Notes: generated by a model from the sequence alone, not told the origin. 20,000 nt of DNA from an uncultured virus (IMG/VR IMGVR_UViG_3300048549_001676) (IMGVR_UViG_3300048549_001676), one strand, 5' to 3'. Shown: positions 9,037 through 18,642, numbered from the stretch's first letter. Numbers and translations are program-made.

Positions 9037-9705
9037 TTAATCCTCCCCATATTTATACCCAAGAACTTTTATGTCATTCTTGTAGAATTTACGAACAATT
9101 TCAATTGTTTCATCATCGTAGAATTCAGTATAATGAGGACGATTTTTTGCATTGTGCTTATGTGGTAAAAGAATATCTTGATCTACACCAAGTTTTCCAC
9201 ATAATGTTTCCACATCTTGCCTGAGATTTTCGTACCGACCTACAAAGTCCACCAAAATCTTGTTTTCTTTTTCATCATAAATCTCGTCAAATGCTTTCGT
9301 TAAAACAACTGCACGATCACGATGTCCAAGTTGTGGTACACCACGAATGACTTTGCGTGGATTTTCCAACCAATTCAACCAACCTTCCCATCTCCACTTT
9401 GTCCATTGTTTGAAGTCTCGTTTTGCAACATCACGTTCTCCTTTTGCAAGTCTCCATTGATACTGAGATACCAAACGATCCCACGGATTTCTAACAAATG
9501 CAAATGTAAGATACTCGTTCCAAACATCCATTCCAAACTTTTTTTGTGCTTGTTCTACGGTGAAGTGAATTTTATCTTGTTTTTCTTTTGCACGATTTTC
9601 AAATCGCTCTCCCTCTTTTTTGCGTTGGGATAATGCAGTAGAAATACTAGAACCAGCAGTTCTTGGAATGTGAATGAATATGCATTTAATATCACGGTCT
9701 ATCAT
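9037..9705 (-). CDS. Sulfotransferase family 2 paralog (most divergent copy)
   Basis: HIPRTAGSS, FVRNPWDRLVSQY, DFVGRYENL, HYTEFYDDET tail. Confidence 0.88.
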   Translation of the reverse strand: MIDRDIKCIFIHIPRTAGSSISTALSQRKKEGERFENRAKEKQDKIHFTVEQAQKKFGMDVWNEYLTFAFVRNPWDRLVSQYQWRLAKGERDVAKRDFKQWTKWRWEGWLNWLENPRKVIRGVPQLGHRDRAVVLTKAFDEIYDEKENKILVDFVGRYENLRQDVETLCGKLGVDQDILLPHKHNAKNRPHYTEFYDDETIEIVRKFYKNDIKVLGYKYGED

Positions 9706-9714
9706 TTTTATACC

Positions 9715-11814
9715 TTACATTGAAAGTAAATCTTCACTTTTCAGTGTTTCATAATGACGTTCGTAGAATTTTGATAACTCAGAGTCCAAACGGTCTTTAC
9801 CAATCTTTTTGTCTTCAATATAAATGATTTCTTTGATCATTGCTTCTGCAACATGAAGAGCAATTGCCATAATGTCCGATTGAATTGATCGATAACGAAC
9901 ATTGTTTTCGTTGATTACGATAATAAATCCATCACGATATTCACGAATAGTTGAAATTACCATAGGATCATCTATATGATCAATTGCGTAAAATAATTTG
10001 ATTCCACTTATTAGATTCTCAATTGTATGAAGTTCAAGTTCAAGTTCTTTGAGTTTCTTGGTATTTTTTGCAGTATCGTTTCCACTTACAAGTTCATCTT
10101 TTAATTCTTCTATATCAATTCTAAGTCCAGAACGTTTCAACAACAATTTTCTATATTCAGACAAAGTCATCTTTGTGTACTCCCCCGACTCACTTGATGT
10201 ATCATTGATGTTTTTACCAAATTTTTTCTTGAAAGAATCCACGATAGAACCTACACCTACTGATGTAGGTTTTGATTTTTTATTACTTTGCACATCTTCA
10301 TCTGCATATGGATTTCCTTCCCACGGGTACTGAGAATGACCCTCCGGAGCCACACCATCATGTGAATCACTTTCAGTTTCCGTATCATCACGGGTTGCAA
10401 CTGAATGTTCTGTTGAAACTTGCTCTGTATCCGATGACCCTTCATCTAGTTTTACGGTATGACGTTTTGCATCACTTTCAGTTGGAATGTATGTGTTTCC
10501 TATTAACTTTTCAAGCACCAAGTCATTTGTTTGAACTGCGTTGTCTATTTTCTCCACTTTGTTTAAACCCAACATTCTTTTGTCGGTAAGAATTTCCATA
10601 TCATTGGAAAAATCACCTGCTAAAAGTTTTGCGACATTATACGCAATAAGATTTTTGTTCATTACCTTTCGTTCAGTTTTTCTAACTTCTAAAGCAGATA
10701 TATTATACAATAATTTCATTACCACATAATATACTTCATTTAAAAGTGGTTTTACCATAGGATGTTCATCGTTTAATCCGTGATGAGAAATATCTTTTGC
10801 AATCATACCACGATCATCTTCTACTTTACTTAAATCATCGCAACGAACATATCCAATAAAACCATGCATTCTACCCATAAAGTCCGTGTCATCAATATCT
10901 TTATTTTCTTCAACTGATAATTTTGACAAAGTGTTTTCAATTATTTGTTCGTTGTTTAAATGAATGTCGCATATTTTTACTTCCGAAATTAGTTCGAGAG
11001 TTTTTACAATACTTGATTTTTTTTGTCTGCGAATTCTTCCACGGAATTCATTGAGTGCAATTTCAAAAGTTGAGTATTTTGTTTCACCTGAAATTTCATA
11101 ACTAAAAGCACGGGTAATTTTACCACGATAATTTCCTTTCAAATCAACATCAAAATCAAGTTTATTTCCCATGAAAATAATATCAAGCATTTTATTGTTC
11201 TTTTTGTATGATACAATAAGATGAGCAAAAAATTGCAATAATTCTGATTTTACCGATGCTTCATAGTTGCTATTAAGAAATGCTTTATTGACATTTAAAA
11301 TTCTTACTTCTGTTCCAGTTTTGGTTTGAATTAAAGAATCTTCTGGTTTCACTTCAACGATGCGTGGTTGGTAATCATCAAAGAAGTTTGCATCTTTAGG
11401 TGGATTAAAATCAACTACAAAACATTTTCCGTGAATATTCTTGGTATGAAGTTGCCAATGAGATTCACCTGCGACTGATAATTTATCGTTACTGACTTTT
11501 CCCCCGATTCCCATTTGACCGAGTTTTGGTCCATCACCATCTTTATCTAAATCAAATGAAGTACCAAAGGTAAAGTATTTTTCAAAGTCATTCAAATTGT
11601 ATTCTTCATCACGAACATGATCAAATCCACGACCATCATCAGTTACTTTTATATAAGTTTCTGTTTCTGCGTTTACAATATCAATATCACAATAAGTTGC
11701 TCCGTTTTGCAAACTATTTTTTGCCAACTCTGTGAATGCTTGTGCGAAGTTTACCGTGCTTTGTAATGTAGTTTGTAAACCTGTACCTGCTCTTATTTTA
11801 ATTTTATCTGCCAT
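9715..11814 (-). CDS. GHKL (MORC/MutL/Hsp90-like) ATPase
   Basis: N-box AFTELAKNS, G1 VTDDGRGF, G2 GQMGIGGK, G3 GTEV; acidic linker and coiled-coil-like segment. Start ATG 11814, with GGAG upstream. Confidence 0.85.
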   Translation of the reverse strand: MADKIKIRAGTGLQTTLQSTVNFAQAFTELAKNSLQNGATYCDIDIVNAETETYIKVTDDGRGFDHVRDEEYNLNDFEKYFTFGTSFDLDKDGDGPKLGQMGIGGKVSNDKLSVAGESHWQLHTKNIHGKCFVVDFNPPKDANFFDDYQPRIVEVKPEDSLIQTKTGTEVRILNVNKAFLNSNYEASVKSELLQFFAHLIVSYKKNNKMLDIIFMGNKLDFDVDLKGNYRGKITRAFSYEISGETKYSTFEIALNEFRGRIRRQKKSSIVKTLELISEVKICDIHLNNEQIIENTLSKLSVEENKDIDDTDFMGRMHGFIGYVRCDDLSKVEDDRGMIAKDISHHGLNDEHPMVKPLLNEVYYVVMKLLYNISALEVRKTERKVMNKNLIAYNVAKLLAGDFSNDMEILTDKRMLGLNKVEKIDNAVQTNDLVLEKLIGNTYIPTESDAKRHTVKLDEGSSDTEQVSTEHSVATRDDTETESDSHDGVAPEGHSQYPWEGNPYADEDVQSNKKSKPTSVGVGSIVDSFKKKFGKNINDTSSESGEYTKMTLSEYRKLLLKRSGLRIDIEELKDELVSGNDTAKNTKKLKELELELHTIENLISGIKLFYAIDHIDDPMVISTIREYRDGFIIVINENNVRYRSIQSDIMAIALHVAEAMIKEIIYIEDKKIGKDRLDSELSKFYERHYETLKSEDLLSM

Positions 11815-11843
11815 TTTTCTCTCCGAATGTTTAATTAAAGTGG

Positions 11844-11858
11844 TGTTATAATAAATAT
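11844..11858. promoter_or_regulatory. Candidate promoter motif in the gap upstream of the GHKL gene
   Basis: tgttataataa (11844-11854) is identical to 13898-13908; a related ttataata lies at 15373-15380. Orientation is ambiguous. Confidence 0.35.
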
Positions 11859-12838
11859 CAATCTGTGTTGTTTTTGTTGCGTTTTCTACGACCTTCACCT
11901 CTTGGTTTTCTGCGACCTCTTCTTGCTCGTTTTTCTGCACGATATGCTTCTGTTAATGGTCCTGGTTTCATTTCTACAATTTCATTCGGAACGACCATGC
12001 CCTCGGGTACTTCTCCTTTCCACATATCGTGACGAAGCATATTCCAAATTTTACGTTGATGATAATCAAAGTTTTGTAATCTATTGGCGTGCATTTCATC
12101 AATGTTGCTCCAACCAACTGTGCAATTAAAGTGAACAATAAAAGCATCTTGTTCTGCTCGTTCACGACCACGATTCTTGATGTTGCGTTCCCAGTGAACT
12201 CCTTGTGGATAACCATTTGCACTAAGTTGTACATAATTTATATCATCAGGTTCTATCGCACGATGAAGACGAAGATTAAGAAGCATCATATCTTCTTTAA
12301 ATTTGCGTTGTTTAATTTCTCCGTCTTCGTTTGTTTCAATGTATCCTTGTTTAAAATCTTCTCGGTCAATGTTAAACAAATGAATTGTTTTAGCATTGCT
12401 TTTAGCATAAAAGAAACCAGGACAAATGCTTGCTCCACCTGCAACTTGAAATGCCACATCATAATTTCCTTCTTCGCAAATTTTTTCAAGGTCTGACAAT
12501 GGATTTTTTAAAAAGTTGATGTCGGTGTCAGCATAAAGCACATTGTATCCTTGTGTAAGCAACTGATGTGCAGCCTCCATTTTGTTCCACATCAAAGCAT
12601 CCCATCCTTTTTGGTGAAACTCTGAAGTGGTTTCTATATGAAAGTTCGGACTTATCCATCGTTTACTTTCAATGTCTTTTTCCTCGGACATACGTTCAAA
12701 TGATTCGTCATCTAAACAATACATGATAACCATGTTTTGCATATCCAATTCACGGATATACTTTAACCAGTTTAAAGCAAAGTCCAAATAACCACCATTA
12801 ACGTAAGACAATAATTTTGTCTTCGTTTCACCACCCAT
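11858..12838 (-). CDS. Nucleotide-diphospho-sugar transferase (GT77-like) with an Arg-rich C-terminal tail
   Basis: NW....CLD, MWNK...LL..GYNVLYADTDINFLKNP, CPGFFY, VHFN; AGGAG upstream of the ATG. Confidence 0.82.
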   Translation of the reverse strand: MGGETKTKLLSYVNGGYLDFALNWLKYIRELDMQNMVIMYCLDDESFERMSEEKDIESKRWISPNFHIETTSEFHQKGWDALMWNKMEAAHQLLTQGYNVLYADTDINFLKNPLSDLEKICEEGNYDVAFQVAGGASICPGFFYAKSNAKTIHLFNIDREDFKQGYIETNEDGEIKQRKFKEDMMLLNLRLHRAIEPDDINYVQLSANGYPQGVHWERNIKNRGRERAEQDAFIVHFNCTVGWSNIDEMHANRLQNFDYHQRKIWNMLRHDMWKGEVPEGMVVPNEIVEMKPGPLTEAYRAEKRARRGRRKPRGEGRRKRNKNNTD

Positions 12839-12858
12839 TTATTTATCTCCTATTTTTA

Positions 12859-13884
12859 TTATACACCTGCTTCTTTAGAATAATTCAGACTTGCGTCTTG
12901 TTTTCCTTCTTTGATTTGTTGATAAATCCAAGCATATGTTTTTTCCAAACCTTCTTGCAATCCGACACTCGGCTCCCAACCGGTGACTTCTTTGATTAAA
13001 GTGTTATCAGAATTTCTTCCACGAACACCTTGAGGTTTTGTTAAATCATATTTTCTTTCAACTTCAATACCAGCAATTTTTTCAATCATATCAATAAGTT
13101 GATTGATGCTGACCATTTCACTGCTTCCAAGATTCAATGGTTTAGTATAATCACTTGCCCACATTTTATCCATACCTGTGATGCAGTCATCAATGTACAT
13201 GAATGAACGAGTTTGTTCTCCGTCACCCCACACTTCAATTTCGTGATTTCCACTTAATTTTGCTTCAATGATTTTACGACACAACGCAGCCGGTGCTTTT
13301 TCACGACCACCTTGCCAAGTGCCATAAGGACCATAAACATTGTGATAACGAGGAATGCGAACATTCATGTCATAATCTGCTTCATAAAAGTTGGTAAGAA
13401 TTTCGTTGAATAATTTTTCCCATCCATATCCACTTTCTGGATCAGCAGGATACGCATCAGGTTCTGCTAATGCTTGATCGGCTGCACTTTTAATCTCAGT
13501 TTGTTTGTAAGTAGGATATGCACAAGCACTACTACTATAAAGAAAGTCTTTGATACCATGCTCTTTGGCTGCTACAAGCATATGAACATTAATAAGAACA
13601 CTGAGCATACATAAAGCATGATTGTTTTCAATGAAACCCATTCCACCCATGTTGCAAGCAAGATTGTAAACCATGTCCATGCCTTCGGCTGCTTTCATGC
13701 AGTTTTCACGCAATTCAAGGTCAAGAACAAGTTGCTCTGTTCCTTCAACTGGTTGATACCACTGCTCTAGTGGTTTTTTGTCAACCACACGCACATTATG
13801 ACCTTGTTCTTGAAGGTCTTTTGCTAAATGTCCGGCAATGAATCCACCACCACCACATACAAGTATATTTCTTTTATTTGCCAT
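12859..13884 (-). CDS. GDP-mannose 3,5-epimerase-like extended SDR
   Basis: GGGGFIA, NLACNMGGMGFI, YSSSACAYP (catalytic Cys), YGWEK, GGREKAPAA (catalytic Lys) and GVRGRNSDN, all GME signatures. Confidence 0.9.
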   Translation of the reverse strand: MANKRNILVCGGGGFIAGHLAKDLQEQGHNVRVVDKKPLEQWYQPVEGTEQLVLDLELRENCMKAAEGMDMVYNLACNMGGMGFIENNHALCMLSVLINVHMLVAAKEHGIKDFLYSSSACAYPTYKQTEIKSAADQALAEPDAYPADPESGYGWEKLFNEILTNFYEADYDMNVRIPRYHNVYGPYGTWQGGREKAPAALCRKIIEAKLSGNHEIEVWGDGEQTRSFMYIDDCITGMDKMWASDYTKPLNLGSSEMVSINQLIDMIEKIAGIEVERKYDLTKPQGVRGRNSDNTLIKEVTGWEPSVGLQEGLEKTYAWIYQQIKEGKQDASLNYSKEAGV

Positions 13885-13906
13885 ATCTATAATTAGTTGT
13901 TATAAT
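13878..13906 (+). promoter_or_regulatory. Candidate sigma70-type promoter, antisense to the genes
   Basis: TTGCCA (13878-13883), 17-nt spacer ending in TGt, TATAAT (13901-13906). The AT-rich background makes a chance match possible. Confidence 0.35.
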
Positions 13907-13921
13907 AAGTTTTTGAATGTA

Positions 13922-14569
13922 TTACTTTCCAAATTTGTAATTAAAATACTCAATGTCTTTCCTGTATTTTTCCGCAACAATCGAACGAGTTTCGTCATCA
14001 TAGTATTCGGTGTAATGTTTGTGTTTTGTTGGGTTTCTGTAAGGTAATTCAATTTTTGGTATTCCAATTTTGCCACATACATAATCAAAATCATATTGCA
14101 TATCTTCACAACGACCAACAAAGTTCGTAAGTTTATTTTGATTGGCATTAAATACAAAGTCAATTTGTGGATAATCGTGGGCATACCAACAACATTTGAT
14201 TCCATTATTTTTTACAAAGTGTTTAAATGTTGGAAACTTCTTGTCAAAGTCTTCATTACATTTACAACCTTTGAATTTTTTAATATAAAAATACTCACTT
14301 AAAAATCTTTCCCACGGATTTCTAACGAATGTAAACGTAAAATAATTCTTTTCTCGGACATCCTTGAATTGATCAATCTTACGATGCTGAACATCAACTC
14401 CTCCATATCTGTAATATATTCTATACTTTTGCTTTTCTTCGTTCGTTAATTTCCAACTCTCAATTCTTTCAGTATCTACATTTTCATTTTGTAACAATGA
14501 CCACTCAACACTTGTTCCACCACACTTTGGAATATGAACAAAAATAAATTTATGTGTGTGACTTATCAT
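13922..14569 (-). CDS. Sulfotransferase family 2 paralog
   Basis: [35 protein letters not shown] tail; ATGA overlap with the upstream gene. Confidence 0.9.
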   Translation of the reverse strand: MISHTHKFIFVHIPKCGGTSVEWSLLQNENVDTERIESWKLTNEEKQKYRIYYRYGGVDVQHRKIDQFKDVREKNYFTFTFVRNPWERFLSEYFYIKKFKGCKCNEDFDKKFPTFKHFVKNNGIKCCWYAHDYPQIDFVFNANQNKLTNFVGRCEDMQYDFDYVCGKIGIPKIELPYRNPTKHKHYTEYYDDETRSIVAEKYRKDIEYFNYKFGK

Positions 14570-15345
14570 TCTGTGTCACTACATTCTGTGTCAAAATCTG
14601 TATCAAGCATTTGCTCTCTGGATAACACACTTAATGATTTAAGTCTTTGTATTGAATATTCATCTTCTTTGATGTCCTCAGGGATAAGTTCTGTGTGAAT
14701 ATATTCAGATGATGTTAATGTTCTTTCAAATTTTGCATTGTTACAATACAAATACAACAATCCAATTTCAGTCTGCGGAAACGCAGTTTGCATTTTTGAA
14801 ATAAATTCTTCCAAGTGTTTGTCTTGGTTCGTTGAATGAACTCGTTTGAGTTGACGTTTTTCATCTGCTCTGAAAAACAATATTTTGTTTTTGCTTTTTA
14901 ATTGCGACACAAGACGTTGCTGACGATTACCGAATACTCTTTTTACATCTTCCCAAATCGGTTCAATGGTAAGATTGTCCGCAACTTTCCATTCATGGAG
15001 TTCATCTTTTGTCATTGTTTCTTTAAACCACACATCTGCAAAGTGAGGATAATAAACATTCGGTGTGTTTTTATGCCAAACGATTTTATTGCGAATCTCT
15101 GTGCTTCTTGGTGCAATTTCGTTTTTAATGTCCCAATCATTTATGTCATCAAAATAATTTGCAAATCCACTTGACATTAAGTCTGCGGTTTCTGTAAGTC
15201 CTTCAACTGTATCCATGTTATCAAACGGACTTGAATAATAACGAACTTCTGCGGAACGTGATATTCCTAAAGTATTGCATTTGATGCCTAAATTAACGAC
15301 AATATTCCAGTCAATATCAAAGATTTTAGATGTTGAGTCTCCCAT
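14566..15345 (-). CDS. DUF1796-like (putative papain-like cysteine peptidase family) protein
   Basis: NLGIKC, SSPFD, YYPHF and RQQRL...ILFFR fit the LGxxC / PFD / H / RxxR pattern. Confidence 0.6.
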   Translation of the reverse strand: MGDSTSKIFDIDWNIVVNLGIKCNTLGISRSAEVRYYSSPFDNMDTVEGLTETADLMSSGFANYFDDINDWDIKNEIAPRSTEIRNKIVWHKNTPNVYYPHFADVWFKETMTKDELHEWKVADNLTIEPIWEDVKRVFGNRQQRLVSQLKSKNKILFFRADEKRQLKRVHSTNQDKHLEEFISKMQTAFPQTEIGLLYLYCNNAKFERTLTSSEYIHTELIPEDIKEDEYSIQRLKSLSVLSREQMLDTDFDTECSDTE

Positions 15346-15381
15346 GTAATATAAATATAAGTTAGAGAGTTTTTATAATAG

Positions 15382-16101
15382 TTAATGTTCTAATTTAGGA
15401 TCACAATCACTTAAATGTCCTGGTAGATAATCTACCTTTCCATTAAACTTTGCATGATATACATTAAGTTGCGTTGTGCCATATAATCCATCAATAGATA
15501 AACAATAATCTGAGATTAAATAGTCGTAGATTTTTTGAATGCTATTTTTATTGATTAAAGTAAAATGAGCACCACCATAATTGTGCGTGGTTTTACCTTT
15601 TGCTCGTTTTGTTTCTTTGTGATCACGACTCCACTTTGAAACGTATTTTCTATTTTTCTGTGACCACACGCAACGAAGCATATCCCAATTTTCAACAAAG
15701 TCAGTATATTCATCAAAAAATTCCTCAAGAATTTCATACCAACCATTTTTTAATACACAATCATCTTCAAGAATTAAAATGTTGCTATCGTAAGATTCAG
15801 TCAATAACTTTTCGTATAATGTGGTTGCTGAAATACAACCTCCGATAAGTCCTCGGACGTTTGGAAATCTAACACCAGTTTCAATTGCTGATTTAAAATT
15901 AAGAGCATCCCGTGGACTGCATCTTAAATAATAATCATGATACTTTCCGTCTTTATTAAGTAATTCGTCTCTTTCAACATATACCGCAGGAAACCTTTCG
16001 TATGGAATATCAAATTCTGATAATTGATTTTCCATAAACTTTTTTCTATCAACTCGTTTATCAAGATTGATATAATATATTTTTGAAACAAGATTTGTCA
16101 T
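15382..16101 (-). CDS. Glycosyltransferase family 25-like protein
   Basis: YYINLDKRVDR, ERFPAV, GCIS, LILEDD. Confidence 0.85.
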   Translation of the reverse strand: MTNLVSKIYYINLDKRVDRKKFMENQLSEFDIPYERFPAVYVERDELLNKDGKYHDYYLRCSPRDALNFKSAIETGVRFPNVRGLIGGCISATTLYEKLLTESYDSNILILEDDCVLKNGWYEILEEFFDEYTDFVENWDMLRCVWSQKNRKYVSKWSRDHKETKRAKGKTTHNYGGAHFTLINKNSIQKIYDYLISDYCLSIDGLYGTTQLNVYHAKFNGKVDYLPGHLSDCDPKLEH

Positions 16102-16111
16102 AAATCTAATG

Positions 16112-17239
16112 TTAAAATAAATCTCTTATATCTCTTACAACGAATTTACCAAATTGACCACTCAGTCTGTCATCAATAAAATAATTATTTTTATGAAAAT
16201 TCATATTTGAGTTCACAACATAATTATCCCAATTACGGGTTGGTTTTGAATTACCTTCTTTCCAAAAATCAATCATATAATCATTATTATAATATTCGGT
16301 ATCAGACTCATCGATTATCATTGTGTCCACTTTTCTATAAAAACTTTGATGAATATGTATGCATCTTATATGTCCACAAAAACCCACATTCCTTACATCA
16401 TATCCATCTTCATATATTCTTCCTAGAAATTGTTGTTCACAATGATATCTTCCCATTTCGTGATCAAGTTTTGCTTTTGTCTCATGGAAATTACTTTTAA
16501 ATGCCCATGCATCACTACTTTCAGGTCCGATCAAATGACCTTTCCTGTAATCTACTTTTTTATCAATTTCACCTTCATCAGACACCTCTATATCATGTGA
16601 ATAACCATCTATATCAGGATTGACCGAATTCACAATTTCACCAGTTTCCAACAAATCTTTTCGTGTCATGGCAAGAACTCTTTTTCCGTTTTTAAAATCT
16701 ATTTTTTTCAAAAGTTCTACTGTTTCGTCAAAATAGCAATCATTGTTTGTAAGCAAAAATACTGCATCTTTATCATTTATTTTTTTTGCGTAATCTATCG
16801 CACTTCTGTAAGTAGTTCTTTTAGAGTTTGGAACGACTTTTACTTTATCCGTTAATTCAAAGCACGAAGTCAATTTTTTTGATTCTTCTTCTGAACACTC
16901 AACAAACATTATTAATTCATCAAATAAATCGTTGTTTATATTGTTTTGAATTGCAGTTGTTATTTCAGTTTTGCGTTCTTCATTTTCGATTGGATAAAAA
17001 TCAAACATTAAAATTATTTTATCTTGCTTGTTTTGAGTAGGTATATCTTTTTTATTAAGTTTGATCCCCTGAGACATTGCAGATTCTATCATGTAGTTTT
17101 TACCTCGTCTACCTGTTATCCAATGTATTTCTTTCTCCCAATATCTTATAAATTGTTTTTTTGTTTTCCTAGAAAACAAATGTGGTTTTTCTTCTATTAA
17201 AAGTTTTATTGGCCATAGCATATCTTCTGGTATTCTCAT
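16112..17239 (-). CDS. Hypothetical protein, probable GT-A-like fold
   Basis: Long ORF with ATGA coupling; TNNDCYFDET (DxD-like), SSDAWAF and late HIH motif. Confidence 0.5.
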   Translation of the reverse strand: MRIPEDMLWPIKLLIEEKPHLFSRKTKKQFIRYWEKEIHWITGRRGKNYMIESAMSQGIKLNKKDIPTQNKQDKIILMFDFYPIENEERKTEITTAIQNNINNDLFDELIMFVECSEEESKKLTSCFELTDKVKVVPNSKRTTYRSAIDYAKKINDKDAVFLLTNNDCYFDETVELLKKIDFKNGKRVLAMTRKDLLETGEIVNSVNPDIDGYSHDIEVSDEGEIDKKVDYRKGHLIGPESSDAWAFKSNFHETKAKLDHEMGRYHCEQQFLGRIYEDGYDVRNVGFCGHIRCIHIHQSFYRKVDTMIIDESDTEYYNNDYMIDFWKEGNSKPTRNWDNYVVNSNMNFHKNNYFIDDRLSGQFGKFVVRDIRDLF

Positions 17240-18000
17240 TGTTTATTCTCCTTTTTATTCACAAAATCACTCCATTCTATGATCTCTCTACCGAGGTGAT
17301 CAAATAAATCGTTTACTTCACTTTCAAATATTTTTTTACAAATCTGTCGTTCATCCTCGGTCAGTTCCTTGTTCTTTTTCCGTGAATGGTAGATTTTGTT
17401 TTCTATTAAATGGTGGTCAACTCCTAAAAAATCAAATAATTTATTATATTCATCTTGTGGATTTTTGGTTAGTTTTTCTTGTATTAGAATATAGATTTTA
17501 TCTTTTGAAAAATATTTTTCGTAATTTTTGATTGCATCAATATAGTCACAACGAAAACAATCATTTTCAGTTATGTTCCACATAAAAGATTGAGTTTGAT
17601 CCCAGTTTCCCCAATTTTTTGATACATCTGGCATTTCCATATAATGGTTATAGGCTGAATATGCACGATCAATTGGATTTCGCATTGTAAATAATATTTT
17701 TACATCTGGATGTACTTTATAAATACTTTTTGCAGATTTATCAGAATGCCAAGAATAATTAGGAGATATTTCTCCGTGTATATTACCATCGTCGACAAAA
17801 TTACTTTTATACCATTCAATGTCTAATTTAGAACAAGCATGGGTATGCCGAAAGAAATTAAACTCATTGTTTGGAAAGCAATCATCATGTTCACACAGTG
17901 GAACAGAAATATTTGGATGTTTTGCTAAATTAAATGTCAATGCAGTGGTCGCACATTTTTGAAATCCACATCCAATAAAATCAGGTAATTTATATTTCAT
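17236..18000 (-). CDS. Sulfotransfer_1 family sulfotransferase (heparan-sulfate N-/3-O-sulfotransferase-like)
   Basis: LPDFIGCGFQKCATTAL..L..HP, EFNFF, GEISPNY, RNPIDRAYSAY. Confidence 0.88.
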   Translation of the reverse strand: MKYKLPDFIGCGFQKCATTALTFNLAKHPNISVPLCEHDDCFPNNEFNFFRHTHACSKLDIEWYKSNFVDDGNIHGEISPNYSWHSDKSAKSIYKVHPDVKILFTMRNPIDRAYSAYNHYMEMPDVSKNWGNWDQTQSFMWNITENDCFRCDYIDAIKNYEKYFSKDKIYILIQEKLTKNPQDEYNKLFDFLGVDHHLIENKIYHSRKKNKELTEDERQICKKIFESEVNDLFDHLGREIIEWSDFVNKKENKQ

Positions 18001-18003
18001 TTC

Positions 18004-18642
18004 TCATTCTCCAAACTTATATTTGAAATACTCAATGTCTTTTGCATATTTTTCCGCAATCATTTGTTTTGTTTCATCATCGTAGTATTCGGTGTAATGT
18101 TTATGATTGGTTTTATTTTTGTGTGGGAGTTGTTGTTTCGGAATTCCTATTTTATCGCAAACGATATCAAAGTCTTCTTGTAGGTTTTCAACTTTTCCGA
18201 TGAAATCTAATAAATTATTCCCATTTTCATCTTCATAATATCTACTATAACCAAGGTAGTAAGACTTGTTTTTTTCATACAGAAACTGTATAAATCTATT
18301 AAATCCCATTAAAGAAATGTTTTTATATGTATCATACTGATTTTCCACAAAATCATATTTTTGGGATTCAGTTTTGTGAACCTGCCTACACATGAACTCG
18401 TACCAGGATGCCATTCTTGCCCACGGATTTCTTACAAATGCAAATTTAAAATACGAATTAAATTTTTTTGTATCATTTACGAACAACTCTTTTTTAACAT
18501 CCCATGTAGTGGCGTGTGGATTTTTATTATTAAAATTACCATATCTTATATCAGAATACTCGTCCAATATGTTTCTTATTGATGCCGATCCAGTCTTTTG
18601 CACCGCAATATAAACGAATTTATGTTTGTGTGATATTCTCAT
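18004..18642 (-). CDS. Sulfotransferase family 2 paralog
   Basis: VQKTGSAS, FVRNPWARMASWY, DFIGKVENLQEDF, conserved tail. Confidence 0.9.
   Translation of the reverse strand: MRISHKHKFVYIAVQKTGSASIRNILDEYSDIRYGNFNNKNPHATTWDVKKELFVNDTKKFNSYFKFAFVRNPWARMASWYEFMCRQVHKTESQKYDFVENQYDTYKNISLMGFNRFIQFLYEKNKSYYLGYSRYYEDENGNNLLDFIGKVENLQEDFDIVCDKIGIPKQQLPHKNKTNHKHYTEYYDDETKQMIAEKYAKDIEYFKYKFGE

Noticed and set aside
11815..11940. N-terminal extension of the GHKL gene, or a frameshift fusion with the GT77 gene
   Set aside because: ATG 11814 has a good SD site, the overlapping Arg frame fits the AT-rich third-position bias better, and there is no canonical slippery site for the required +1 shift.
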